Shown here piece by piece: positions 44,534 through 53,941 of a stretch of 64,000 nt of DNA. Made by a program: the position numbers and the translations under genes. Within the stretch, counting starts at the first letter, position 1; each line of letters begins with the position of its first letter. Under the pieces are notes generated by a model. The model worked only from the letters and a program-made list of their open reading frames with translations. It was not told the DNA's origin and did not search any database. This DNA comes from Bacteroidales bacterium (lineage in GTDB: Bacteria > Bacteroidota > Bacteroidia > Bacteroidales > JAAYUG01). Location: contig JAXLTS010000010.1 in NCBI GenBank assembly GCA_046329925.1, positions 51,836-115,835 of the forward strand. The letters are read 5' to 3'.

Positions 44534-44713
44534 AAAAGTGTTTTTTCATTAGTTATCCAAAGGTACATAACGGGAAATGCAAAGTCAACAGTTGTCATCT
44601 CATATGGAGCAACCGGGCCAGGAAACAGGTCATACACCCGCCAAAACACGGAATTCATCAACAGAAGCTGATAACACAGGTTGCAGGATGGGTATACTTG
44701 CAACAAAAACAAA

Positions 44714-45427
44714 ATGAAAGAAAACTACCTGCAATTCGGACGTCGCGCAGTCATTCTCAACATGGCCGGCATTCTACTGTCCGGTCTGCTATTCCCGGTC
44801 CTCACCCAATTGATTTGTCCCCAGCCCTCTTATACCAGCCTGGTTCAGTTTGCGGAGGCATTTCATCCCCTTCAGACAGCGACTTTTTTCAGCGGGTTCC
44901 TGCTTATCACCGGATCCCTATTCACCTTCGTAAGTCTGTATTTTCTGGCCGGGTCAGGCAGGAAGGCCCGGGCCCTCTCGGCACTGGTGGTGAACCTCAT
45001 TTTTTCAGGCATGGTATTTCTTAACTATGTATTGCAGATAAGCTATGTGCCTTACCTGGCGCATTACCAGCCGGTTGAGGCGGACATCCTGCTGCCCATG
45101 CTCACCATGAGTAATCCGGGCTCACTGGCCTGGGCTTTGGAGATGTATGGCTGGGGAGGCATAGGTTTTTCCTACCTGCTCGCAATCCCGCTATTGGAGC
45201 CTGGCGGGACAGGTAAGGTGATTCGCATTCTATTTGCGTTGAACGGGGGCATCAGTATCCTGGGAGCCCTGCTCACCAGCCTGGATATGCACTGGATCTT
45301 TTCCCCGGCCGGCTTCGCCTCACTCATCCTGTGGAACATGCTGGTACTGGTAATAGACGGGTTTTTACTCAGGTATTTTAGCAGCCCTGAAATCCGAAAA
45401 GTGACTGAATTTTTACAGTTAGATTGA
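44714..45427 (+). CDS. hypothetical multi-pass membrane protein
   Basis: The start is set at MKENYLQ. It has about six hydrophobic helices and no family is assigned with confidence. Confidence 0.6.
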   Translation: MKENYLQFGRRAVILNMAGILLSGLLFPVLTQLICPQPSYTSLVQFAEAFHPLQTATFFSGFLLITGSLFTFVSLYFLAGSGRKARALSALVVNLIFSGMVFLNYVLQISYVPYLAHYQPVEADILLPMLTMSNPGSLAWALEMYGWGGIGFSYLLAIPLLEPGGTGKVIRILFALNGGISILGALLTSLDMHWIFSPAGFASLILWNMLVLVIDGFLLRYFSSPEIRKVTEFLQLD

Positions 45428-45441
45428 AATTATTATCTTTG
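45411..45441 (+). promoter_or_regulatory. candidate promoter of tRNA-Val(CAC)
   Basis: TATCTTTG (45434-45441) fits TAnnTTTG and ends 9 nt before the tRNA. The -33 position has TTTTA rather than TTTG. Confidence 0.4.
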
Positions 45442-45450
45442 CTTCCCTCA

Positions 45451-45525
45451 GGGTTGTTAGCTCAGCTGGTTTAGAGCGCTTGCTTCACACGCAAGAGGTC
45501 ACTGGTTCGAATCCAGTACAGCCCA
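45451..45525 (+). tRNA. tRNA-Val (anticodon CAC)
   Basis: 75-nt cloverleaf. The acceptor is GGGTTGT/ACAGCCC, the D arm is GCTC...GAGC, and the anticodon stem is CTTGC/GCAAG with loop TTCACAC. The T arm is ACTGG-TTCGAAT-CCAGT and the discriminator is A. Confidence 0.9.
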
Positions 45526-45533
45526 CAAAGAAT

Positions 45534-45560
45534 CCGCCTGGTTTTGCCGGGCGGTTTTTT
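45534..45560 (+). terminator. rho-independent terminator after tRNA-Val(CAC)
   Basis: The stem is CCGCCTGG-TTTTG-CCGGGCGG (one G-U pair), followed by TTTTTT. Confidence 0.75.
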
Positions 45561-45895
45561 ATTCCTGTTTAATTTCCTGAACCAGTATTAATCTTTCTGT
45601 CCTCTCCCTTTTTCGGAAAGAATATGCCACTGCACTGCACAAATCATGGCCTGCCAGGGAATAAAAATTTGTGGCGACTACAGGCAATAAAATCCAATTA
45701 AACTCCTGAATATCTACTTGTTATTAAATCCTTTTAGATTAAATTCGCAACAAATCCTGCAATGAACTTGTTCATATAACAGAGTAAACCGGTTAATGCT
45801 AATTCTCTGCTGAAGCGCGAATCACTTGTTGCAAATGTATATGCTTCCGGCCGGATTAATAATTGAAATACCTTTGAACAAACCCAAATACCCGC

Positions 45896-46369
45896 ATGGA
45901 ATATTATATTCTGCTTGTTGCATCCTACCTCTTTATGGAATTCATAGCCTGGTCGAACCACAAGTACGTGATGCATGGCTTCTTGTGGCGATGGCACAAG
46001 GACCATCATATCAACGATCATCTGGAGTATGTTCCGGATGTGGTTGAGAAGAAACGGTTCGAGAAAAACGACCGGTTCTTTCTGGTTTATGCAATTCCGG
46101 CAATTGTTCTGATGATGACAGGTATCGCCCTGCACAAAAGTGCATTGATATTTATTGCATGTGGAATAACTCTGTATGGCTTCACCTATTTCATTGTCCA
46201 CGATGTAATAATACACAAACGTCTTCCCATCAGATTTCTCCAGCGTAACCACAACCATTTTATCCGTTCCGTTATTAAAGCTCACACTGCCCACCACCGA
46301 CCAAAAAACAAAGACGATTTTAACAACTTCGGGCTCCTGGTATTCCGGTTTAAATACTTTAAATCTTAG
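45896..46369 (+). CDS. crtZ: beta-carotene hydroxylase (sterol desaturase family)
   Basis: 157 aa. His-box motifs are HKYVMHGFLWRWHKDHH, HDVIIH and AHTAHH, with four hydrophobic segments. Confidence 0.8.
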   Translation: MEYYILLVASYLFMEFIAWSNHKYVMHGFLWRWHKDHHINDHLEYVPDVVEKKRFEKNDRFFLVYAIPAIVLMMTGIALHKSALIFIACGITLYGFTYFIVHDVIIHKRLPIRFLQRNHNHFIRSVIKAHTAHHRPKNKDDFNNFGLLVFRFKYFKS

Positions 46370-46372
46370 TAC

Positions 46373-47068
46373 ATGTCCCTGTACGCTTCTCTTCTTCTCT
46401 TATCCATTGCGATTCCCTTCCTGTTAAGCTTCGAAAAACGAATGCAATACTACAGGCAATGGAAATACCTGATGCCTGCCATAGTCATCACAGCTATCTT
46501 CTATATCGTTTTTGATGTATATTTAACCAAAGCAGGTGTTTGGGGTTTCAATCCGCGCTACCACTCAAATATCCTGATTTTTCACCTGCCCCTGGAAGAA
46601 TGGTTGTTCTTCATTCTTATACCTTACGCAAGCATCTTTTTGCATGATACAATTGTCCTGTACCTCCCCAAATTATGTCTTACCCGTAGGATGGCCCGGG
46701 GCATTTCAGTAATTTTAATCATTCTGCTTATAATCATTATCATTTTTAATACCGAAAAGGCCTATACTGTTTATGTTTTCAGCATCACCGCTCTGGCCCT
46801 GCTCATTTCCCTATGGGACAAAACCGGCATCCCGGGATTCTACTATATAACCTTTCTTGCAATTTTGATTCCCTTCACCCTGGTTAATTCCATATTAACG
46901 GGCAGTTTTATCGAAAGCGAAGTGGTGTGGTACAACGACGTTGAAAACCTGGGGATACGATTCCTGACCATCCCCCTGGAAGATTTCTTTTATGGCTTTA
47001 GCCTGATTCTTTTTTCCTTATTACTCAGAAACAAAATCCGTTTGTTGTTTGGCCGGCAAAGGTCATAA
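46373..47068 (+). CDS. lycopene cyclase domain-containing protein (fused CrtYc/CrtYd type)
   Basis: 231 aa, polytopic. It has two copies of the PLE(E/D)xxFF motif (HLPLEEWLFF and TIPLEDFFYG). It starts 3 nt after the crtZ stop. Confidence 0.75.
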   Translation: MSLYASLLLLSIAIPFLLSFEKRMQYYRQWKYLMPAIVITAIFYIVFDVYLTKAGVWGFNPRYHSNILIFHLPLEEWLFFILIPYASIFLHDTIVLYLPKLCLTRRMARGISVILIILLIIIIIFNTEKAYTVYVFSITALALLISLWDKTGIPGFYYITFLAILIPFTLVNSILTGSFIESEVVWYNDVENLGIRFLTIPLEDFFYGFSLILFSLLLRNKIRLLFGRQRS

Positions 47069-47160
47069 CTGTGAAAATCCGGAAGGCTAAAAGACTTTAT
47101 TTGACTTCCGGAAATTTTTCATTAACATTATACTGGTTTTTACTCTTAAAAGACGGAACA

Positions 47161-47970
47161 ATGAAGCTTGTTTATCTCAGCCTTGCTTTATATTTATTAC
47201 CAGTTCTGAATCCCGCGTTTGGACAGAAATATGATAACCTTTCAAGGGATCTGAAAGGGAAAAGTATCCTCCTCTTTTGCAAAAACGGCGAAGGTTATGT
47301 ACACGATAATATCCCCTCTGCAAAACTGGCTTTCCTTAAAATGGCCGGACAGGAAGGATTCAAGCTGGATACCACCGACGATGCCGCTGTATTCAGTGAG
47401 GAAAGGTTGAAAAGTTATCATGCAGTTGTCTTCTGCAATACCAACAATGATGTATTTGAAACGGAGGCACAGAAAGTTGCATTCATGAGATATATACAAG
47501 CCGGGGGCGGTTTTGTCGGAATTCACTCCGCCTGCGGCACAGAACGTAACTGGGCCTGGTTTAAGCAAATGCTTGGAGGAACTTTTTTGGTGCATCCTCC
47601 CTTCCAGAAATTTCCCGTGCGGGTGCTTGACCCTGAACATCCCTCCGTCAAAGGAATTCCGGATCCGTGGATCGTCAAGGATGAGTTGTACTTTCTGAAA
47701 GAACTGAATCCGACAATTCGGATTATCATGGCTTCCGACTTTTCTGCGATCAAGGACGGTAAAGATCTACCCAACACCTTCGGCACCCTCTTCCCCAGCG
47801 TGTGGTGCAACACCTTCGATGGCGGCCGCCAGTGGTACACGGCACTTGGACACGACAAATCAGATTACAGTAATCCACTGTATATTCAACACCTCCTTGG
47901 TGGATTGAAATGGTCGGTTGCAGAGAAACTGGATTATTCGAAGGCTCATTCAACCAGCAGTACATTTTAA
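47161..47970 (+). CDS. ThuA domain-containing protein, exported
   Basis: The start is set at MKLVYLSLALYLLPVLNPAFGQ (the listed start at 47071 is GTG). The ThuA-like core reads KSILLFCKNGEGYVH, GGGFVGIHSA and WYTALGH. Confidence 0.8.
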   Translation: MKLVYLSLALYLLPVLNPAFGQKYDNLSRDLKGKSILLFCKNGEGYVHDNIPSAKLAFLKMAGQEGFKLDTTDDAAVFSEERLKSYHAVVFCNTNNDVFETEAQKVAFMRYIQAGGGFVGIHSACGTERNWAWFKQMLGGTFLVHPPFQKFPVRVLDPEHPSVKGIPDPWIVKDELYFLKELNPTIRIIMASDFSAIKDGKDLPNTFGTLFPSVWCNTFDGGRQWYTALGHDKSDYSNPLYIQHLLGGLKWSVAEKLDYSKAHSTSSTF

Positions 47971-48146
47971 TCTCATTATTATTACAGGTTGAATATTTAT
48001 AACTGCCAACAAAATTACCACAACGACGCCCGCGTTCACTAAGGAGTTTCTTTGTGTTTGTACCGAATTGACTTAGCAGAGCCTGAATAAAATACCCGGA
48101 ACTGATTGCACTAAACGGCTCCCTGTTTTGTCCAATAGTATTGAAA

Positions 48147-48259
48147 GTCATTGCGAGCTTGCGAAGCAATCTGCTTATATTTTCCGAAATGCATCATGAA
48201 ATAAAAGATATAATACATCACATAAATGATTACAGATTGCTTCGCAGGCTCGCAATGAC
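48147..48259. repeat. 27-bp inverted repeat pair (REP-like hairpin, 59-nt spacer)
   Basis: GTCATTGCGAGCTTGCGAAGCAATCTG (48147-48173) pairs with CAGATTGCTTCGCAGGCTCGCAATGAC (48233-48259), with 26/27 complementary positions. Confidence 0.8.
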
Positions 48260-48273
48260 CCACTAAACCCAGT

Positions 48274-48301
48274 AAAGCCAAAGGCTGTCGCCTTTGGCTT
48301 T
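48274..48301. repeat. perfect 12-bp stem hairpin
   Basis: The hairpin reads AAAGCCAAAGGC-TGTC-GCCTTTGGCTTT. Its right arm is the start of the first copy of the adjacent direct repeat. Confidence 0.75.
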
Positions 48302-48445
48302 ACCTTCATTCCGTTGCATGCATCACATTGCAAACAATCCTTAAAAAACCAGCGGGGTGAAAGGATAATAACTTTGGCTTTACCTTCATCCTGTTGCAGG
48401 CGTCGTATTGCCCATAAATCCCATTCAAAACCAGCAGAAGCTGTG
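48292..48445. repeat. two tandem imperfect ~80-bp direct repeats
   Basis: Both copies begin CTTTGGCTTTACCTTCAT (48292 and 48372). They continue with similar ...GTTGCA.G..TC...ATTGC....AATCC....AAAACCAGC.G. Confidence 0.65.
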
Positions 48446-48537
48446 ATTTGCTCTCCCGGATATATGAAAATAATTCACGGAAGAAATTAAGCAATATTTT
48501 TTCGTACTTTTAAATTCTATAATCCAACAATACTTTC

Positions 48538-49890
48538 ATGAAACGGCGCGAATTTATACACAAAAATGCCCTGGCCGGAGCCGGTGCAATCATCCTCCCC
48601 ACCATTTTACACTCCCCGGTATTTGGCAAAAATGCACCCGGCAACCGCATCCGGGTTGGTGCCATTGGTACTGGCCGTATCTCACGTGAACACGATATGC
48701 CGGGCGTATTGAAATACGATGGTGCACGAATCGTAGCAGTCTGCGATGTGGATTACAAACGGGTGGGCGAGGCAAAAACTTTTGTTGAGCAGGCATACGC
48801 TCAAAAGCAAATGCAACAGGAAGTTAAAACATATGGCAATTACCTGGAAATGCTCAATGACAGCAGTATCGATGCTGTTCTGGTAAGCACCCCCGACCAC
48901 TGGCATGCCAAGGCAGTAATTGATGCTGCCCTGGCCGGTAAGGATATTTATGTTCAGAAGCCATTCTCGTATACCCTGGCAGAGGGACGACAGATGAGCA
49001 ATGTTATCAACAGCACCGGGCGTATACTGCAGATTGGAACCCAGCAGCGTTCACTCGAACAATTCCGGTTTGCCTGTGAACTGGTGCGTAGCGGACGTAT
49101 CGGTGAAGTTAAAACCATCAAAGTGGGACTTCCCATTGATCCATCGGGAGAAACGGAAGTTCCGATGCCTGTCCCTGCCAACCTGGATTACGACCAGTGG
49201 CTGGGATCCACCCCCTATGTATATTATACTGAAAAAAGAGTGCATCCGCAAAACGATTATTCCCGTCCGGGATGGCTGCGGTGCGAACCCTATTGCCTGG
49301 GGATGATCACCGGCTGGGGAGTTCATCACATGGACATCGTGCATTGGGCCATGGATACCGAACATACCGGTCCTGTTGAGATCACCGGAAAAGCTCAGTA
49401 CCCCTCCAGTGGCTTATGGACTGTACACGGAAAATATTTTGTGGAAGCAAAATATGCCAAAGGATTCACCGTGCTGATAAGTGATGAATTCCCAAACGGA
49501 GTGCATTTTGAAGGCACCGACGGATGGCTATTCGTAACACGGGGTGATTACTCCGTTACAGCCAGCGATCCAAAATCAAAGGATTTTAAGAAGAGTGAAG
49601 CACTCAAGGCCAGCGATCCAAAAATTCTTGCCCCTCTGGGTGCCAATGATGTGCACCTGTATCGTTCGGCTGATCACCATGCCAACTGGCTCGACTGTGT
49701 GCGAAGCCGCCAGATGAATATCAGCCCGGCCGAGGTGGGACATCGCTCCACCAGTGCCTGTATCGTGAGTCATATCTCCATGAAACTAGGCAGAAAACTT
49801 CAATGGGATCCGCAGAAAGAAAAATTTCACAACGACGATGAAGCCAATGCCATGCTGAGCAGACCGCAACGACCACCTTATATTTTTTAG
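48538..49890 (+). CDS. Gfo/Idh/MocA family oxidoreductase, TAT-exported
   Basis: 450 aa with a twin-arginine-type signal (MKRREFIHKNALAGAGAIIL). The N-terminal Rossmann segment reads IRVGAIGTGRISREH...VAVCDVD. Confidence 0.85.
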   Translation: MKRREFIHKNALAGAGAIILPTILHSPVFGKNAPGNRIRVGAIGTGRISREHDMPGVLKYDGARIVAVCDVDYKRVGEAKTFVEQAYAQKQMQQEVKTYGNYLEMLNDSSIDAVLVSTPDHWHAKAVIDAALAGKDIYVQKPFSYTLAEGRQMSNVINSTGRILQIGTQQRSLEQFRFACELVRSGRIGEVKTIKVGLPIDPSGETEVPMPVPANLDYDQWLGSTPYVYYTEKRVHPQNDYSRPGWLRCEPYCLGMITGWGVHHMDIVHWAMDTEHTGPVEITGKAQYPSSGLWTVHGKYFVEAKYAKGFTVLISDEFPNGVHFEGTDGWLFVTRGDYSVTASDPKSKDFKKSEALKASDPKILAPLGANDVHLYRSADHHANWLDCVRSRQMNISPAEVGHRSTSACIVSHISMKLGRKLQWDPQKEKFHNDDEANAMLSRPQRPPYIF

Positions 49891-49929
49891 TGCACAAACA
49901 TTCAGTAGTATCTAAATAAAGTTAATACT

Positions 49930-51039
49930 ATGCAAACTCAGTTTTTAAGAATACTTATTCTGCAATTCGTTGTTCTTGGACTGGCTAATGCACAGAACAA
50001 CTTTCGCAATGAATTCATCCTGCCTGACCTGCCAGGATACCAGACCCTGCGTTGCGATTTTCATATGCACACTGCTTTTTCCGACGGATCCGTATGGCCC
50101 GACTTTCGGGTACGTGAAGCCTGGAGACAGGGCCTCGATGCCATCGCCATCACAGATCATATCGAATATCTCCCGCATAAAAAGGATATTCGCACCAACC
50201 ATAATCGCAGTTATGAACTGGCGCAATCGCAGGCCAGACAGCTGGACATCATTCTCATCAAGGGAAGTGAGATTACCCGCAAAATGCCTCCCGGCCATCT
50301 GAATGCCCTGTTCATTACAAACAGCCAGCCGCTGGATACTCCCGACTGGAAAGATGCCGTGAAAATTGCAGCCTCGCAGGGTGCCTATATTTTCTGGAAC
50401 CACCCGGGCTGGAAAGCGCAACAGCCAGATACCATGAAATGGTTTGAGGAGCACAGCTGGCTGCTCAGCCAGGGATACCTGAAGGGAATCGAAGTGATCA
50501 ATTCGCAGGAGTGGTACCCGGGAGCCCTGCGCTGGGCCCTGGACAGGAACCTGACAATCCTGGCCAACTCAGACTCCCATGACCCAGTCGATTTTGAGTA
50601 TAACCGGTTGAGACGCCCCATGACACTTGTATTTGCCAAAGAAAAAAGTGAGCAGGGTATTCGTGAAGCACTTGAATCCCATAGAACAGCAGGATTTTAC
50701 AACGATACACTGCTGGGCAGGAAGGAAATTCTGGAAGCATTTTTCCTGGCCTCCGTGGAATTTACCCGGAACACCTACAAACCTGGCGGGAAAAGAATTG
50801 TAGTTCAACTGAGTAATAAAAGTTCCATCCCCTACAGCATTAATCTGGTGTCGTGCAACCCCGGGATAAGACCTGCCCGGTTTATTTACCTGCCGGCTCT
50901 CAAAACGGTAACCTGGGAAATGGGATATGATGAGAAAGTCTTTACGGGAAAAGATTTAGATATGCAGGTAAGGGTTAGTAACCTGTTCACCAGTGAAGGC
51001 CAAAATCTTGTCACCAGCCTGAGTTTCCGGTTAGAATGA
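49930..51039 (+). CDS. Sb-PDE family (PHP-like) phosphodiesterase, exported
   Basis: 369 aa with a signal peptide. The motifs are LRCDFHMHTAFSDG and AIAITDHIEY. Confidence 0.75.
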   Translation: MQTQFLRILILQFVVLGLANAQNNFRNEFILPDLPGYQTLRCDFHMHTAFSDGSVWPDFRVREAWRQGLDAIAITDHIEYLPHKKDIRTNHNRSYELAQSQARQLDIILIKGSEITRKMPPGHLNALFITNSQPLDTPDWKDAVKIAASQGAYIFWNHPGWKAQQPDTMKWFEEHSWLLSQGYLKGIEVINSQEWYPGALRWALDRNLTILANSDSHDPVDFEYNRLRRPMTLVFAKEKSEQGIREALESHRTAGFYNDTLLGRKEILEAFFLASVEFTRNTYKPGGKRIVVQLSNKSSIPYSINLVSCNPGIRPARFIYLPALKTVTWEMGYDEKVFTGKDLDMQVRVSNLFTSEGQNLVTSLSFRLE

Positions 51040-51090
51040 CAGAGCAGTAACTCCTGCAAGGCCGTTCCGGCAATGATTTTCTTTAAAACG

Positions 51091-51122
51091 TTTGGTTTTA
51101 GTGTGATAATACCCTATCTTTC
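51091..51122 (+). promoter_or_regulatory. candidate Bacteroidota-type promoter of the PKD-to-CHAT operon
   Basis: TTTG (51091-51094), 20 nt, then TATCTTTC (51115-51122; the consensus is TAnnTTTG). It lies ~32 nt upstream of the ATG at 51154. Confidence 0.4.
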
Positions 51123-51153
51123 ATTTACCAATTCCTAACCTAAAACCAAGGCC

Positions 51154-51840
51154 ATGAAATCAAAATCCCTATTCCTGTGCACAGGGTTGTGTATTCTGTT
51201 TTTAGCAGCCTGTAGCAAAGATGAAGACAAACCTGCTCCAAAAGCCTCCTTCACGGTAAACGCCGATAACCCTGAGGCATTTGATACGGTATTCTTCACA
51301 AGCACATCCCAGAATGCCGTAAAATATGAGTGGGATTTCGGGGATGGGGCCACGAGCACCAGTCAGAATCCCATACATATTTATCAGAACACCGGGTCGG
51401 TGGAAGTAATGCTTAACGTCTGGAATGCTGAGAATGTATTGGCAAGTACAAGCAAAACACTCACCATTACAGACCCCACACTGCTGGAATTATACCTGAT
51501 CATGACAGGAACTACCGATCCTGTTGTTGACTGCCCTGTAATGCTTTTTACAAGTGAGGATGATATGTGGGCCGTTGAGAACCCTGTTGACGGAGACATG
51601 TCGGATGAGGATGGCTGGCTCATCTTCAAGGCAAAACCCATCGTTTATTATGTAATGGCTCTTAAAGAAGTGGAGGGTGGGTTCCTTACCAATATCAGCC
51701 TGGGATATCAAACCGATGTGCTTACGGCTCACGAATCGAATGCCTATAACCTGAATATGGAATTTATAGCCGATACCAAGGCCGGGAAGATTCGTGATGT
51801 ATATCAGAAAATGCTCAGCAGAAAGAATTCTACTCAATAA
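51154..51840 (+). CDS. PKD domain-containing lipoprotein
   Basis: 228 aa with the lipobox FLAAC. The PKD motif reads FTSTSQNAVKYEWDFGDGATSTSQNPIHIY. Confidence 0.8.
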   Translation: MKSKSLFLCTGLCILFLAACSKDEDKPAPKASFTVNADNPEAFDTVFFTSTSQNAVKYEWDFGDGATSTSQNPIHIYQNTGSVEVMLNVWNAENVLASTSKTLTITDPTLLELYLIMTGTTDPVVDCPVMLFTSEDDMWAVENPVDGDMSDEDGWLIFKAKPIVYYVMALKEVEGGFLTNISLGYQTDVLTAHESNAYNLNMEFIADTKAGKIRDVYQKMLSRKNSTQ

Positions 51841-51871
51841 GAATCAAATTCATTCAATAATCTACTCAGAC

Positions 51872-52846
51872 ATGATCCGCTTTTTGATTATTATGGCAGG
51901 TATATGCATGGCAGTTTATGCCTGTGATACCGAAGATGCCATTGAAGGTCCTTCGCAGGATACCTGGAAAACCTATACCAATGCAGGTTTGGGTGAATGT
52001 ACGGTGTATGCAATCACTCAGGACGCAGAAGGTACATTATGGGCCGGTACAGAGGGCAACGGAATTTATCAGTTCAAGAATGACAGCTGGAAGGTACTAA
52101 AGGCCTCCTCTTCCACCTTTCTCGATAATTCCATCTATTGCATCGCACAAGATCCTGCAGGCAATATATATGTCGGCAGCAGCAAGGGAATTTCCAGGTT
52201 TGACGGATCAACATGGACCAGGCAGCTTATCAGTTCTCCAGTAATTTCCGGATGCTATTATCTTCCCACAAAAGAGATGGTATTTGGTACGGCAGGTACC
52301 GGATTTGTGCTCTATTCAAACAATGAATATGGTGAATGGGCTTTCAACGATACTGAAATGAATTACATCAATGCCATCTATGCCGATTCAAAAGCCTGGC
52401 TTTGGTTTGGCACCCAAAATGGGCTTATGCGCATGTCTGCTCTGTACAAATTCACAAAATTTACAACGGCAAATGGATTGGCGGCAAATTATGTATATAG
52501 TTTTTTTGAAGACAGGAATAACCGGCTGTGGATTGGTTTCTGGGGTGGAAAAAAAATACAATGGGTCGAAAATGGCTATTTCCATGATATTCAACTTATG
52601 AGCGGTTTTGACAATAACTACATCCTTTCCTTTGCGGATGATATGTTCGGAAACCTCTGGTTCGGAGCTATCTCCAGTGGAGCTTTCAAATACAACGGAA
52701 GTATCATGGAACCCTTTGGAATAAACGACGGGCTATGCGACAACACCATTGTTTCTGTTTTCCGGGACAAGGATAATACCCTCTGGTTTGGTGGACTTGA
52801 AGGAGGAATTAGCCGGTTAAAACAGGCTGTACCAATAAACAAATAG
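51872..52846 (+). CDS. beta-propeller (two-component regulator propeller-like) lipoprotein
   Basis: The start is set at MIRFLIIMAGICMAVYAC (lipobox). Repeated motifs are LWAGTEGNGIY, IYVGSSKGISRF, LWFGTQNGL, LWIGFWGG, LWFGAISSGAF and LWFGGLEGGISR. Confidence 0.75.
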   Translation: MIRFLIIMAGICMAVYACDTEDAIEGPSQDTWKTYTNAGLGECTVYAITQDAEGTLWAGTEGNGIYQFKNDSWKVLKASSSTFLDNSIYCIAQDPAGNIYVGSSKGISRFDGSTWTRQLISSPVISGCYYLPTKEMVFGTAGTGFVLYSNNEYGEWAFNDTEMNYINAIYADSKAWLWFGTQNGLMRMSALYKFTKFTTANGLAANYVYSFFEDRNNRLWIGFWGGKKIQWVENGYFHDIQLMSGFDNNYILSFADDMFGNLWFGAISSGAFKYNGSIMEPFGINDGLCDNTIVSVFRDKDNTLWFGGLEGGISRLKQAVPINK

Positions 52847-52855
52847 GAGGAAGAT

Positions 52856-53935
52856 ATGAGAAAAATATACATCTTTCATCTGCTGTTATTGCTGGGAGGT
52901 ATCTCAGCGCAGGCACAGTATTCGCCAAAGATTGACGGTTCAACCAACTCCCTCCTGCTCTCCGAAACAAGGATAGATCGCCCCCTGCTCATGCATAAGA
53001 ATCAATTTCAATTGAATGGCGGCTATAAATTCGCTGTTAATTCCGGTGGTTTTAATAATGAAGGGGAAATGAAAAACTATCAGAAAATGGGTCTGGCTTC
53101 ATCGGAGAACCTGTTTAGCTTGTCGGGACACTATGGGCTAACGGATTTTCTTGAATTCAATTTTGGATTAAATTACAGAAGTACCGTTCAGCGAAAAAAT
53201 GACCTGCTGATTGCATGGCCTACTACCGTTCCGGATCTTATCCATATCACCTCAGTAACCGAATTGAATGCACTTAAAGGATTTGAAGACCTGGACCTTG
53301 GACTCGGGCTGAAACCCTGGACCCGGAATACCCCTTTTGAGATTGCGTTCAGATTCGGGGCAAGCCTGCCAACCGCTTCTTCTGAAAATCCGCAACCCCA
53401 GCATAAAGCCAATATTCCTGACACCCTGACCACACTACTGGAATATAAATATCCCGGCCGGTTTGGCAAAGGCATGCCTTTTCTGAAGTTCGGGATGGAT
53501 GCCAAATTACGCTTGTCTTCAGTATCATTTACCATGGTAGCCGATGCATCAAGGGGATTGGGGGAATCGGTATACACCGATTGGCAAGCCCAGCTATCAG
53601 GCAGCAGTTTTACCTATTCCCGTAAAGATATCCCTGTCCGGTATGCTGATTATTATGGAGTAATGGCATTATTCGATGTGCGGGTATTCAGCTGGTTCGA
53701 TGTATATGGAGGTTATCGCTTTCAATTTTCCACCGGAGGGTGGAAGGAATTTGACGGGGTGAAATTTGCCCTCCCTGAAACAAGTTCTTCCACTGCGGTT
53801 CTGGGTTTCGAAATTCTCACCACCACTCATCTCCGGATTCTGGAACACGCGGAACTTTCACTCGCCGGAAAAAATACCGATGTCCAGACCGGAATTTACA
53901 CCTCATTCAGTTACAACATCTTCACCCGTAAGTAG
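52856..53935 (+). CDS. hypothetical outer-membrane beta-barrel protein
   Basis: 359 aa with a signal peptide (LLLLLGGISAQAQ) and an alternating-strand pattern. No family is recognised. Confidence 0.6.
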   Translation: MRKIYIFHLLLLLGGISAQAQYSPKIDGSTNSLLLSETRIDRPLLMHKNQFQLNGGYKFAVNSGGFNNEGEMKNYQKMGLASSENLFSLSGHYGLTDFLEFNFGLNYRSTVQRKNDLLIAWPTTVPDLIHITSVTELNALKGFEDLDLGLGLKPWTRNTPFEIAFRFGASLPTASSENPQPQHKANIPDTLTTLLEYKYPGRFGKGMPFLKFGMDAKLRLSSVSFTMVADASRGLGESVYTDWQAQLSGSSFTYSRKDIPVRYADYYGVMALFDVRVFSWFDVYGGYRFQFSTGGWKEFDGVKFALPETSSSTAVLGFEILTTTHLRILEHAELSLAGKNTDVQTGIYTSFSYNIFTRK

Positions 53936-53941
53936 CCAGTT

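Noticed and set aside
47071-47160. GTG-initiated 30-codon extension of the second ThuA gene.
   Set aside because: The extension precedes a canonical signal peptide that starts at ATG 47161, and it would start only 2 nt after the cyclase stop with no support.
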